A stretch of DNA of 37,261 nucleotides from Candidatus Stahliibacteriota bacterium (GCA_030627085.1 DAOUSS010000003.1:1-37261), one strand, 5' to 3'; counted from the stretch's first letter, positions 17,070 through 27,273 are shown. Numbers and translations: made by a program. The notes: a model not told the origin generated them from the letters alone.

Positions 17070-19703
17070 GTGAGAAAATCTTTTCTTCTCTTTATACTTT
17101 TTCCTGTTGTATACCTCTTTGCAGGAACAACTGGAAAGATTACAGGGAGGGTAGTAGACCTGACAACTGGTGAACTCCTCCCTTTTGTTAATGTGGTCGT
17201 TGAGGGCACAAATCTTGGAGCTGCCACTGATATTGATGGGTATTATTTTATTCTAAATGTACCCCCGGGTGAGTATACGCTGTCTGCATCTATGATCGGT
17301 TACAATCGTATGAGAGTTGAGGGTGTCAGGGTGTCCTTTGATTTCACCAGCGTTTGCAACTTTGAGCTCACCCCGACCATTTTGGAGGGGGAAGAGATTG
17401 TGGTGGTTGCCGAACGAGAGATAATAAGACCTGACCTTACATCGAGCCTCGCCGTCGTCGGGGCCGACGATATCGAGACGATGCCCGTACAGAACTTCAG
17501 GGATGTATTAAATCTTCAAGCGGGCATCGTCAAGGGACATATAAGGGGTGGGAGGTCTGGAGAGGTTGCCTATCTCATAGATGGAATCTCCGTCACTGAC
17601 GCATATTCGGGTGACATAGCAGTGGAGGTGGATAACTCTGCTATACAGGAACTTCAGGTCGTGAGTGGTACATTCAATGCAGAATACGGTCAGGCAATGT
17701 CTGGTATAGTAAATATTGTGACGAAAGAGGGCAGCAGAAAGTACTCTGGTCAGGTATCATCATGGATCGGAGACTATCTCACAGCAGATGAAAATTTTAC
17801 AGGATTGAATAAGCTAAATATACTCCAGAATAAGAATCTGCAGAGTACCATCTCAGGCCCGCTTCCCTTCTTAAAGAAAAGAGGGTCGTTCTTTGTCACT
17901 ACAAGATATTACTACAGTGACGGATGGCTTTATGGAAAGAGAGAGTTTACGCCACAGGGAGAACCTGGTGACGATAAGGTAGTGCCTATGAATTTTTACA
18001 ATAAGATCTTTGCACAGGGAAAGTTATCCCTCCAGCTGAAAGAAAATATTGAGTTAAATTATTCATACTTTACAGATCATGCGAAATATAAGACATATGA
18101 CCACTATTTTAAGTATAATCCTGATGGAGACTTCAATAGATCTAAGTCAGGATATAACCATCAATTAACCTTCACCCATATGATAAGCCCAAAGACATTT
18201 TACACCCTGAATGCGGCAAGGTTTTACTCTGAATATAAACATTATGTATATGAAGACCCCTATGACCCAAGGTATGTTCATCCCGACCTTCTCACAGCAC
18301 CTGCGTACTCCTTTGCACAAGGAGGAACAAAAATGCAGAATTTCACAAGATGGAGTAAAACCACTGCGGGAAAGCTTGACATTACATCCCAAATTGGGTC
18401 GTCAAACGAGGTAAAAGGAGGCATAGAAACAAGGTTTCACAATCTATTCCTCCATGAATTTGATATAGTGCCAAAGCGCACTGAGACTGGAGAGATTGTG
18501 CCGTTTGAACCTGATATACCCGATATTACAGCTCCAAACCATAATAGATATAACAAAAAACCATACGAGTTGTCCTGTTACCTGCAGGATAAAATAGAAC
18601 TGAAGGATATGATAGTCAATCTTGGCATAAGGTATGACTACTTTGAACCCAATGGTGTTGTGCTTGCCGACCCATCCGACCCGAACATAAACGATCCCTG
18701 GAAGCCTGAACACAAGGATATGACACTTGAGGAAAGGGAAGAGATATGGTGGAAGAAGGCATCATCAAAAACCCAAATAAGCCCAAGATTTGGAGTGGCG
18801 TACCCTATTACAGACAGGGGTGTTATACACTTCTCATATGGTCACTTCCTTCAAATCCCTCCATTTGAATATCTCTATAAAAATCCGGAGTTCGAGGTGC
18901 CAAAAACCTCAGGCATAAGCACGATTTTGGGTAACACAGATCTCGATGCACAGCGCACTGTTATGTATGAAATAGGCCTACAGCAGGCATTTACCGATGA
19001 TATTGCAACTGATGTAACACTCTTCTATCGTGATATAAGAAACTGGGTAGGAACCTCTCCGGAGATAAACACAGTAATACCGGGAACAAAGTATGTCAAG
19101 TATATAAATAAGGACTATGCAAATGTAAGGGGAATAACATTCTCCCTTGACAAGTACCGAATAGATAAATTTGGAGTAAGTCTTGATTATACATACCAGA
19201 TAGCCGAAGGCACATCCTCAAATCCCGACGATGCATTCAATGACGCAAGAGCGGGAAGAGAGCCAAGAAAAGAGGTAATTCCTTTAAACTGGGATCAGAG
19301 CCATACCTTCAACCTCTCAATTCTCTTTGGAAACGCAGGACTTATATTCAGATACGGTTCTGGACTTCCATACACACCGTGGATCGTCCAGGGAACACGA
19401 GTTGGACGGACCCTTGCCACTGGATTGAAAGAAAACAGTGAACGCCGACCAACTACAATCACTGCTGATTTTAACTACAGCTATGATATAAAGATAGGAA
19501 AGTCCACAGTTTCGTTCATTATAAGAATTCTGAACATCTTTGATACCAGAAATGAAGAGGGAGTATTTACAGATACAGGAAGAGCAACTTACACATTAGA
19601 GGAACGTATAGCAGGTGCAGACGCCTCGCCCGAATGGTTCATACGACCCGATTTTTATTCAGAGCCAAGACAGATACAGGTGGGGATGTCGGTAAGGTTC
19701 TAA
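17070..19703 (+). CDS. TonB-dependent receptor with N-terminal carboxypeptidase-regulatory-like domain
   Basis: Signal peptide; GTTGKITGRV...GAATDIDGYY; plug motifs HIRGGR and GTFNAEYGQAMSGIVNIVTK; SPRFGVAYP; C-terminal Phe; RBS AAGGAGG. Confidence 0.92.
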   Translation: MRKSFLLFILFPVVYLFAGTTGKITGRVVDLTTGELLPFVNVVVEGTNLGAATDIDGYYFILNVPPGEYTLSASMIGYNRMRVEGVRVSFDFTSVCNFELTPTILEGEEIVVVAEREIIRPDLTSSLAVVGADDIETMPVQNFRDVLNLQAGIVKGHIRGGRSGEVAYLIDGISVTDAYSGDIAVEVDNSAIQELQVVSGTFNAEYGQAMSGIVNIVTKEGSRKYSGQVSSWIGDYLTADENFTGLNKLNILQNKNLQSTISGPLPFLKKRGSFFVTTRYYYSDGWLYGKREFTPQGEPGDDKVVPMNFYNKIFAQGKLSLQLKENIELNYSYFTDHAKYKTYDHYFKYNPDGDFNRSKSGYNHQLTFTHMISPKTFYTLNAARFYSEYKHYVYEDPYDPRYVHPDLLTAPAYSFAQGGTKMQNFTRWSKTTAGKLDITSQIGSSNEVKGGIETRFHNLFLHEFDIVPKRTETGEIVPFEPDIPDITAPNHNRYNKKPYELSCYLQDKIELKDMIVNLGIRYDYFEPNGVVLADPSDPNINDPWKPEHKDMTLEEREEIWWKKASSKTQISPRFGVAYPITDRGVIHFSYGHFLQIPPFEYLYKNPEFEVPKTSGISTILGNTDLDAQRTVMYEIGLQQAFTDDIATDVTLFYRDIRNWVGTSPEINTVIPGTKYVKYINKDYANVRGITFSLDKYRIDKFGVSLDYTYQIAEGTSSNPDDAFNDARAGREPRKEVIPLNWDQSHTFNLSILFGNAGLIFRYGSGLPYTPWIVQGTRVGRTLATGLKENSERRPTTITADFNYSYDIKIGKSTVSFIIRILNIFDTRNEEGVFTDTGRATYTLEERIAGADASPEWFIRPDFYSEPRQIQVGMSVRF

Positions 19704-19705
19704 AC

Positions 19706-19792
19706 ATAGTTGAATAGTTAATTAGTTGATTAGTTAATTAGTTGATTAGTTGAATGATTGTTTTGGAAATGCTAACAAACTTACCAACTAAA
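19706..19792. repeat. Inverted 8-mer array element (TAGTTRAT type)
   Basis: tagttgaa tagttaat tagttgat tagttaat tagttgat tagttgaa ... aacaaact taccaact aaac. Confidence 0.75.
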
Positions 19793-19807
19793 CACATTGG
19801 GGGGAAG

Positions 19808-22800
19808 ATGAAAAGATATATGATTTTTGCTTTTCTGCTCCTTTATTACTGTCTCTTTGCCCAGACAGGCTCCTTTGAAGAGAGGAAAAAAGGAGTTCAC
19901 TCGGGCAATCAGGTAAGAACCACATTCTTCAACTATGGTTTAATAGGTAGGATATCTACTGCAGAGGATTTTGGTGGGGAATGGCCAATAAACTCCGGAC
20001 ATGAGTATATCGGCGATGTGAGTGTACTTGTCGGTGCTGAGGTCCCCATAACCATACGGGTGATAGATACAATTATTGGCACAGACACACTTTACCGCGA
20101 CAGTACAGCAATCATATATTCTGTTGAAGTATCGGATGGTCCGAGGGGTAACAATGAATATTCTCCTGATGGAACTACATTCTGGGGCTGGGAACCAATC
20201 GGTGGTTATGCAAATCCTGATACAGACCTCATTGCAGTGAGCCATATAAGGGAATCCTGGCCACCATACTGGCCTGACAGAATGAATGAGATAGATGACC
20301 CCGGATGGTCGGGTGCCTGGAATGGATACTTTGGTAAGAATCAGATGAATGCAGACCAGGAAAGTTACTTTGTTATGGACGACAATACTGATGAGGAGTT
20401 CTCATTTTATCCGGATTCTACGGATTCAACAAGAAGGGGTCTCGGGCTCCGGGTTGGCGTCAGGGGATTTCAGTGGTCCCATCCACTTGCTCAGGATTGT
20501 ATATTCTGGCATTACGACATAACAAATCTGGGTACATCTACCCTGAACAAAGTGGTTTTTGGAATGATAGTTGGAACCATAACAGGAGGAGATGGTGATA
20601 CACAGGATGACTGTGCAGATTTTATAAAAGAAGAAAATATAACATATTCGTATGATTGGGATGGTGTTGGCGCAGGAGGATGGTACCCTGTTGGATACGC
20701 AGGTTATGCCTTCTTAGAGAGTCCAGGAGACCCGTATAACGGTTTGGATGATGATGGAGATGGAGCGGATGGACCTGGGCCAGTTTTAACATTACAGGAT
20801 TTTGAGCCAAAGGTATACGCTGTTGGCGACGATATAGTTCTTATAGATTACAACACACTTGAAAGGACTGTTACCACGATGCCGGATACCGGAATACTCA
20901 TCTATTTTCGAGGAGACACTCTCAGAATACACCCAGGAGAAACACTTGTAGAAAATTCCCATAACCGCATGGACGATAACCTCAATGGCTTGATAGATGA
21001 AAACTCTGACATACATTTGAAATATACTTGCAAATATAAAAACTGGATAACAGGAGAGGGTCTTGACAATCTCCTGATAGACGAGTCAAGAGATGATGGA
21101 ATTGATAATGATGGAGACTGGGATCCTATGACTGACGACGTGGGCGCAGACGGATGTCCAGGAACAGGGGATACGGGAGAGGGAGATGGAATCCCTACAC
21201 CGGGAGAACCAAACTTTGACGCCACAGACAAAGACGAGTCTGACCAGATAGGCCTCACATCATTTTACTTCTTTCACCCGTTTAACAAAGTGAAACTAAG
21301 AAATGACGAACAGTTATGGAGTTGTATGAAACCAGGGTATTTTAACGCTACAGAGCAGAATGTGGATGGTGATTTCATATATGGCTCTGGATATTTTTCC
21401 CTCAAGCCGGGGCAGACAGAAAGATTCTCTATGGCACTCCTTTTCGGGGATAATGCTGACGCCATTGTAAGAACAAAACAGACCGTTCAGCAGATATACA
21501 ACTGGAATTACAGGTTTGCAAAGGCGCCGGATCTACCAACTCTTAGGGCAGTTCCCGGTGATAAAATGGTAACATTATACTGGAACGATAGGGCTGAATA
21601 TTCTTTTGACCCGATGACGGGCTACGATTTTGAAGGTTATAAGATATATCGTGCAACCTGGCCAACGTGGGACGATGCAGGTGAGATTACCGATGGTTTT
21701 GGTATTGCGAAGTTCAATGTTCCAATCGCCCAGTTTGACCTTAAAGATAGCATTGTGGGGTTTTTTCCTCAGGGTATGGATGGAATTCAATTCTATCTTG
21801 GAGATGATACAGGACTTCAGCACTCATTTGTGGATTCGACTGTCCAGAATGGACAGACATACTTCTATGCCGTCACCGCATACGACAGAGGAGATACAGT
21901 GCAAAGTATTACACCCTCTGAAACATCAAAGTTCGCTACGATAGACCAGGCAGGACAGGTAATTACTGGTATAAATGTGGTTGCCGTTACTCCTGAGGCG
22001 CCCGCTGCTGGATATGTACCCCCATCTTTAGAAGAATTTGAACATCTCTCTGGGTTTGCTACAGGAAAGGCCGAAGTAGAAGTCATTGACCCGAAGGATG
22101 TAAGGGATGGACATACATATCAGATCACTTTCAATGACTCTGCTTTTGTTACTAAATTTTTCACACTTGTAGATATCACAGAACTCTATAATCCGGATAC
22201 CCTTATTAAAGATTCCCCGGAGGTGGAACCCTGGGAAGAGAGAGATATCTGTCACGGACTAAGACTATATCTTGATAATGACCAATATATATCAGTAATT
22301 GACAGCGTATCAGGATGGAATGATACAACTCTCCTTCCCGTGGAGAATATAACTACCCTCGTAACTCCTGCGTATCAGGGCAAGAGATATCCTGCAGATT
22401 ATGCTATAATATTCGGAGAGGGGATAATGGATACATCTATTCATCTCCAGGTTGGTTATCCATATCCTCTAAATCTCCCTGCAGTACCTGTAAACTTCAC
22501 TATTGTAAACACGAATACTGGAAACAGCGTGGAATTTGCGCTTCATGAAAAAAGCGGAACCGTTGATTCAACCATATCCCCCGAAGAGAGAATAATATTC
22601 TTACAGGAAATAGAACCAGATACATCCCTCACTCCAACATGGATTATCAAATTCAGTAAAGATACCCTCGCAACTATTCCAGGGGAAGGTGATACACTTT
22701 ATATATGCACCACAAAACCCTTCTTATCAAGTGATGTATATGAATTTACTGTTAAGGGAGCATCTATTGATAGAGAACAGGCAAAGTTCGACCTTGAGAA

Positions 22801-23107
22801 GATAAAAGTGGTACCAAATCCCTATATTGCTGCCGCCACCTGGGAGAAACACAATCCCTATACAACCGGTAGGGGACCGAGAGAACTCCATTTTATTCAT
22901 TTGCCTGCAAAGTGCACTATAAGGATTTATAATGTAAGGGGAGAACTTATCCAGAAGATAGAGCATGAATCTGAACTGAATGATGGAACTTGCAGGTGGA
23001 ATATGCTGACAAAGGATAACCTGGATATTTCTTATGGTGTATACTTCTATCACATTGACGCTCCGGGAATTGGAGAAAAGACAGGCAAGTTTGCAGTGAT
23101 AAAATGA
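19808..23107 (+). CDS. Large secreted acidic protein with DxDxDG-type Ca-binding motifs, an FN3-like segment and a variant T9SS-type C-terminal domain
   Basis: Signal MKRYMIFAFLLLYYCLFA; motifs GLDDDGDG, DDNLNGLIDE and GIDNDGDW; DFEGYKIYR...YFYAVTAYD; C-terminus IKVVPNPY...TIRIYNVRGE...GVYFYHI...KFAVIK. Confidence 0.75.
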   Translation: MKRYMIFAFLLLYYCLFAQTGSFEERKKGVHSGNQVRTTFFNYGLIGRISTAEDFGGEWPINSGHEYIGDVSVLVGAEVPITIRVIDTIIGTDTLYRDSTAIIYSVEVSDGPRGNNEYSPDGTTFWGWEPIGGYANPDTDLIAVSHIRESWPPYWPDRMNEIDDPGWSGAWNGYFGKNQMNADQESYFVMDDNTDEEFSFYPDSTDSTRRGLGLRVGVRGFQWSHPLAQDCIFWHYDITNLGTSTLNKVVFGMIVGTITGGDGDTQDDCADFIKEENITYSYDWDGVGAGGWYPVGYAGYAFLESPGDPYNGLDDDGDGADGPGPVLTLQDFEPKVYAVGDDIVLIDYNTLERTVTTMPDTGILIYFRGDTLRIHPGETLVENSHNRMDDNLNGLIDENSDIHLKYTCKYKNWITGEGLDNLLIDESRDDGIDNDGDWDPMTDDVGADGCPGTGDTGEGDGIPTPGEPNFDATDKDESDQIGLTSFYFFHPFNKVKLRNDEQLWSCMKPGYFNATEQNVDGDFIYGSGYFSLKPGQTERFSMALLFGDNADAIVRTKQTVQQIYNWNYRFAKAPDLPTLRAVPGDKMVTLYWNDRAEYSFDPMTGYDFEGYKIYRATWPTWDDAGEITDGFGIAKFNVPIAQFDLKDSIVGFFPQGMDGIQFYLGDDTGLQHSFVDSTVQNGQTYFYAVTAYDRGDTVQSITPSETSKFATIDQAGQVITGINVVAVTPEAPAAGYVPPSLEEFEHLSGFATGKAEVEVIDPKDVRDGHTYQITFNDSAFVTKFFTLVDITELYNPDTLIKDSPEVEPWEERDICHGLRLYLDNDQYISVIDSVSGWNDTTLLPVENITTLVTPAYQGKRYPADYAIIFGEGIMDTSIHLQVGYPYPLNLPAVPVNFTIVNTNTGNSVEFALHEKSGTVDSTISPEERIIFLQEIEPDTSLTPTWIIKFSKDTLATIPGEGDTLYICTTKPFLSSDVYEFTVKGASIDREQAKFDLEKIKVVPNPYIAAATWEKHNPYTTGRGPRELHFIHLPAKCTIRIYNVRGELIQKIEHESELNDGTCRWNMLTKDNLDISYGVYFYHIDAPGIGEKTGKFAVIK

Positions 23108-23130
23108 AACTATGCATGGATGAACACAAC

Positions 23131-23342
23131 AAAATTTCAAAATCCGAATTTCTAATTTCCAATGAAAATCCAAATGCCATAACACAGATTACACAGATAA
23201 AAACATAGATAACACTGATTTATTTCACAATCTGTGTAATCCAATCAAATCTGTGCCATCTGTGTTTTGGAAATTTAGACATTCTCCAATAATCTCGTGT
23301 AATCTTGTGGTTTCAAAATTTTTGCATTTTGATATTTGATTT
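23131..23342. repeat. Nested 7-mer and 9-mer inverted arrays
   Basis: 7-mer arm 23131-23178; aacacagat tacacagat...atctgtgcc atctgtgtt at 23181-23266; 7-mer complementary arm; cttgtggtt; tttgcattttgatatttgattt. Confidence 0.7.
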
Positions 23343-23359
23343 AACTTTTTGGGGGTGCT

Positions 23360-24364
23360 ATGCGTAAATTTATTTTTGGGCTTATTATTATAGCTACCGT
23401 TCTGTACGGGGGTGTCACCAAAGTTGGCACGACTGCTGCCTCCTTTCTTACAATACCTGTGGGACCGAGAGCACTTGGAATGGGCGGTGCGTTTGTCTCG
23501 GTTGCAGATGATGCTACTGCTATGTTCTGGAATGTTGCAGGCATCGGAAGGCTTAAAAAAAATGAGATAGTTCTTGTTCACACAAACTGGCTTTTGGATA
23601 CATACTTTGAATACGCTGGAGTAGTAATTCCAGTCCCAAACTACGGCACCTTGGGTGTAAATTTTACACATATGAATCTTGGAGAGATGGAACAGACAAC
23701 AGAGCAGGATCCTGATGGGAATGGATTAAAATTTTCTTGCGGCAGTTTCGCAATTGGCCTTTCCTATGCAAGGGCGCTTACAGACAGGTTCGCCATAGGA
23801 TTCAATGCAAAGTATATACAGGAGAGTATAATGAACTGTGGAGCAACGGGATTTGCTATTGATGTGGGCACTTTATTCAGGACACAGTTTAAGGATGCAA
23901 GATTGGGTATGAGTATCTCAAACTTCGGAACGAAGATGCAAATAATGGGAAATGATCTGCTTGTCCAACACGATATAGACCCGGGGCTTGCGGGGAACAA
24001 TCCATATGTAAATGCTTTTCTCGCAACGGGAAGGTTTGACCTCCCTCTAATTTTAAGGGTTGGTATGTCTATTGACTTAATAAACACGCCTCAGAACCGT
24101 CTTACACTATCCTGTGATGCCCTTCACCCAAACGATAATACCGAATCAGTGAACATTGGTACTGAATATGTATTTAACAACTTACTATCTCTGAGAGCGG
24201 GCTATAAAGCAATGTATAAAGTGGACTCTGAAGAGGGATTTACCCTCGGTGCAGGACTTTTTACTAATATTGGTAAAGTGGTGAGATTGAAGGTTGATTA
24301 CGCATATGAATTATTTGGAAGACTAAATAATGTGCAGAAGCTCGCTATAGCTTTGGAATTCTAA
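23360..24364 (+). CDS. PorV/PorQ-family (UPF0164-like) outer membrane beta-barrel
   Basis: TTAASFLTIPVGPRALGMGGA, ADDATAMFWNVAG, LSLRAGY, VDYAY; C-terminal Phe. Confidence 0.88.
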   Translation: MRKFIFGLIIIATVLYGGVTKVGTTAASFLTIPVGPRALGMGGAFVSVADDATAMFWNVAGIGRLKKNEIVLVHTNWLLDTYFEYAGVVIPVPNYGTLGVNFTHMNLGEMEQTTEQDPDGNGLKFSCGSFAIGLSYARALTDRFAIGFNAKYIQESIMNCGATGFAIDVGTLFRTQFKDARLGMSISNFGTKMQIMGNDLLVQHDIDPGLAGNNPYVNAFLATGRFDLPLILRVGMSIDLINTPQNRLTLSCDALHPNDNTESVNIGTEYVFNNLLSLRAGYKAMYKVDSEEGFTLGAGLFTNIGKVVRLKVDYAYELFGRLNNVQKLAIALEF

Positions 24365-24450
24365 TACTCGTATTTTTACAATCACGATCTTTTTATAAGT
24401 ATATACAAACTTATCGTAGATAACCACTGGCTTGTCTTAACAGAACCCTT

Positions 24451-24611
24451 GCAGGCACAAATTCAATTTGTGCCTGCACGATTTGAATTCGTGCCTATAT
24501 TCACCGTGTGAAGAATAAGATTCAGATTGTTATTATTTCGTTTTTTTTCCTATTAATGTAAGGCAAACCTTTAGGTTTGCTTACATATGCAAGGCTGACG
24601 CCTTGCCCTAC
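24451..24611. repeat. Cluster of four REP palindromes
   Basis: GCAGGCACAAATTCAATTTGTGCCTGC; GCACGATTTGAATTCGTGCC; GTAAGGCAAACCTTTAGGTTTGCTTAC; GCAAGGCTGACGCCTTGCCCTAC. Confidence 0.85.
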
Positions 24612-24683
24612 AATATTGGTGTAGACTAACTGATATCCTGTCTCTCATGCGGGGTGCTTAGATAGTGAGATTTTATTTTTTTC

Positions 24684-24712
24684 TTGACAAAATGATGTTT
24701 TTGTGATATATT
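24684..24712 (+). promoter_or_regulatory. sigma70 promoter with extended -10
   Basis: TTGACA (24684-24689), 17-nt spacer, TG-n-TATATT (24707-24712). Confidence 0.7.
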
Positions 24713-24780
24713 ATACAGTAGGATAAATATGAAGGGAGGTAATGCGAAAAGAGAATAGATAAATGATAGGTCTAATTGAC

Positions 24781-25022
24781 AGAGTTCTAATAGGGCTTCA
24801 CAAAACTAAAGGTCATTGAAATCTGCGGTGTTATGGAATTCCTTGCGAGACAACGGATTACGATAGCACTCATTTCTAGGGAACTTGGCTGAATTTTGCT
24901 TCAAATTCATAACGCATTGATACGCAAGGACTTACAAGGTGGAGGTGAAATCAAAAAGCAGGCTGCTTGTAATCCTATAAATAGCAAGGGATTACGAATT
25001 TTGTGAAAGGCAAGAGTTCTAA
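24781..25022. mobile_element. MITE-like element with 10-bp flanking direct repeat
   Basis: AGAGTTCTAA at 24781-24790 and 25013-25022; imperfect terminal inverted repeats with core TTCACAAAA/TTTTGTGAA; no ORF. Confidence 0.7.
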
Positions 25023-25119
25023 AGAAAGGAGGTGGTAGAGATAAATTGGGGGTTATAACCCAGCGTTGTGTTCAGCGTTTTTGTTGCAGTAGTTATTAGT
25101 TATATAGAAAGGAGGTTGT

Positions 25120-27192
25120 ATGGCAAGGAAATTGGGTGTTGCACTCATCGTCTTGCTTATTGCAGGTATGGGATTTGCCCAGAATGAGGTTACATTCAAT
25201 GTGAATATGAGCGTGCAAGCTATTATGGGGACATTTAATCCCGCAACGGATACAGTCGTGGTAAGGGGAGGTACTGCACCCCTTGCCTGGGATGGGTATG
25301 ATAATCTTCTTACAGACCCCGAGGGTGACAGCATTTATACGATAACCCTTGATTTTGGAACTGAAACAGGCACTGTGGAGTATAAGTATGTGATGAAGCC
25401 CGCAGGTGGGAGTGATGTTTGGGAGAGTGTACCCAACCGTACATTTGAACTTACTGGTAGTCCACTGGTTCTTGATACGGTCTATTTCAGTGACCAGGCA
25501 GGAGTTCCTGTTGAGGGAACTGTCATCTTCCAGGTAGATATGAGGGTACAGGAGGCGGTCGGTAATTTCACCCCGGGTGTGGACCACATCACCCTTCGTG
25601 GCTCGCCGCCCCCACTTGATTGGGCAGAGACCCCTGACCTTGAAATGGAACCCTGGGATACTATGTATACCAAATCAATTACATTCAATATGCCAAGACA
25701 CTCAACCATAGAATACAAATATAATCTCGTGCCTGCGGCAGATTGGGGTAATGATAATGTCTATGACGGAACATGGGAATCTGGTGACAACAGGGTAGTA
25801 GACTACGACCCGGATGAATCAGGCTATCAGATAGTTCCTCTAAGATACTTTAATGATATAGGTCCTGAAGACATCATTCTGCAGGAAGTGATAGCAATAT
25901 TCAAGGTGGACCTAAGATATGTATTCTATGCTATTGCAGAACAGGGATACTGGTATGCAGAGGGTGCACTGGATACTGTCTACAGCGTGGATAGTATGTA
26001 CATCGCAGGCGGAACTTCTCCACTACAATGGGTATGGGATCAGCCAGCTTATCCACCTGAGCTACAGATGAAGGACGATGGCGCATATCCAGATGAGATT
26101 GCTGGAGATAGTATCTACACAGTTTTTATCACTTTCCCCGTGGGTACTTCAAAGCGCATAGAACATAAGTACGGTGTCAATGGCTTAGATACTGAGCTTG
26201 GTTTTGCCCAGAACCACTTTATCACCATGAGTGATGCTGAAGCCATCTTTCATGTACCACTTGAACTTTTCGGTTCACTCATATGGGCAATCGCTGCCAA
26301 TGATGATGAGAATGGTGTATCCTTACAGGATGGAGAGGTCGTTGTTGGGAAAGGTGTTGTCACAGTTGCAAACGAATTTGGAGGTCCCAGCTACATTCAG
26401 GATTTTGCAGCTGGTATCGCAGTCTATGATGCTACATTTACCGGCTCTGTGAGTGTCGGCAATGAGGTCAAATTCAGTGGAACTGTCAGTAACTACCGTG
26501 GATTAACGGAACTTACAGACATTGCCTCGCTTGATGTCTTGAATGAAAGCGTTCCATATGACACACTCCTTATAACCTGCGCTGACTTAGCGGATACGGT
26601 GGGTGAACAATATGAGGGAAGATTGGTTAAGATAGAGAATGTTACAACAACGGATGCTTTCCCGGATGCGGGACAGAACGCGAATATAACTATCACAGAT
26701 GCCACTGGAAGTTGCACTATGAGAATAGATAAGGATACGGATATTGATGGAACCACTGCACCAACAGAATCCTTCGATGTAGTAGGAGTTGTGACACAAT
26801 ACGACTCAGACTCGCCCTACTGGAGTGGATACCAGATTATGCCTCGCACCCTTGGAGATATCCTTGTTGGAATAGAAGAGGAAGAGGGGAGTCCTAAGGT
26901 CTACGCACTCTCTCAGAATTATCCAAATCCTTTCAGTTCTGGAACAATAATTAAGTACCAGTTAGCAAAGAGCGGAAAGGTTAGCATAGGTATTTATAAC
27001 CTCTTGGGAGAGAGGATAGCCACGCTGGTGGATGAACCGCAGAAAGCAGGATACTACAACGCTTACTGGAACGGAAAGGATAGTAAAGGCAATAAGATCG
27101 CCTCTGGTATCTACTTCTGCAGAATGGAAGTAAAGACAGAATCTGGAAATTCCAGTTTCACAAGAACGAGGAAACTCGTGATGTTTAAGTAG
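25120..27192 (+). CDS. Secreted non-catalytic protein: tandem CBM20-like modules, Ca-loop domain, OB-fold-like pair, T9SS-type CTD
   Basis: Repeated VTFNVNM/VIFQVDM...RG...W...EYKY; MKDDGAYPDEIAGDSIYT; YEGRLVKIENV; YQIMPR; LSQNYPNPF...WNGKD...SGIYFCRM; RBS AAGGAGG. Confidence 0.75.
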   Translation: MARKLGVALIVLLIAGMGFAQNEVTFNVNMSVQAIMGTFNPATDTVVVRGGTAPLAWDGYDNLLTDPEGDSIYTITLDFGTETGTVEYKYVMKPAGGSDVWESVPNRTFELTGSPLVLDTVYFSDQAGVPVEGTVIFQVDMRVQEAVGNFTPGVDHITLRGSPPPLDWAETPDLEMEPWDTMYTKSITFNMPRHSTIEYKYNLVPAADWGNDNVYDGTWESGDNRVVDYDPDESGYQIVPLRYFNDIGPEDIILQEVIAIFKVDLRYVFYAIAEQGYWYAEGALDTVYSVDSMYIAGGTSPLQWVWDQPAYPPELQMKDDGAYPDEIAGDSIYTVFITFPVGTSKRIEHKYGVNGLDTELGFAQNHFITMSDAEAIFHVPLELFGSLIWAIAANDDENGVSLQDGEVVVGKGVVTVANEFGGPSYIQDFAAGIAVYDATFTGSVSVGNEVKFSGTVSNYRGLTELTDIASLDVLNESVPYDTLLITCADLADTVGEQYEGRLVKIENVTTTDAFPDAGQNANITITDATGSCTMRIDKDTDIDGTTAPTESFDVVGVVTQYDSDSPYWSGYQIMPRTLGDILVGIEEEEGSPKVYALSQNYPNPFSSGTIIKYQLAKSGKVSIGIYNLLGERIATLVDEPQKAGYYNAYWNGKDSKGNKIASGIYFCRMEVKTESGNSSFTRTRKLVMFK

Positions 27193-27225
27193 TCGTTCTC
27201 TATGATTGGAACTGAAATTGTTAAA

Positions 27226-27257
27226 GCAGAAGGGGGAGTATATACTCCCCCTTCTGC
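27226..27257. terminator. Perfect 32-bp palindrome (terminator-like or mRNA-stabilising hairpin)
   Basis: GCAGAAGGGGGAGTA-TA-TACTCCCCCTTCTGC, 33 nt after the stop codon; no U-tract on the + strand. Confidence 0.55.
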
Positions 27258-27273
27258 GTAAAATACGCATAAT

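Noticed and set aside
24558-24611. c-di-GMP-I riboswitch-like GGCAAACC (also at 27278)
   Set aside because: Fully explained as REP palindromes; the second riboswitch stem is absent.
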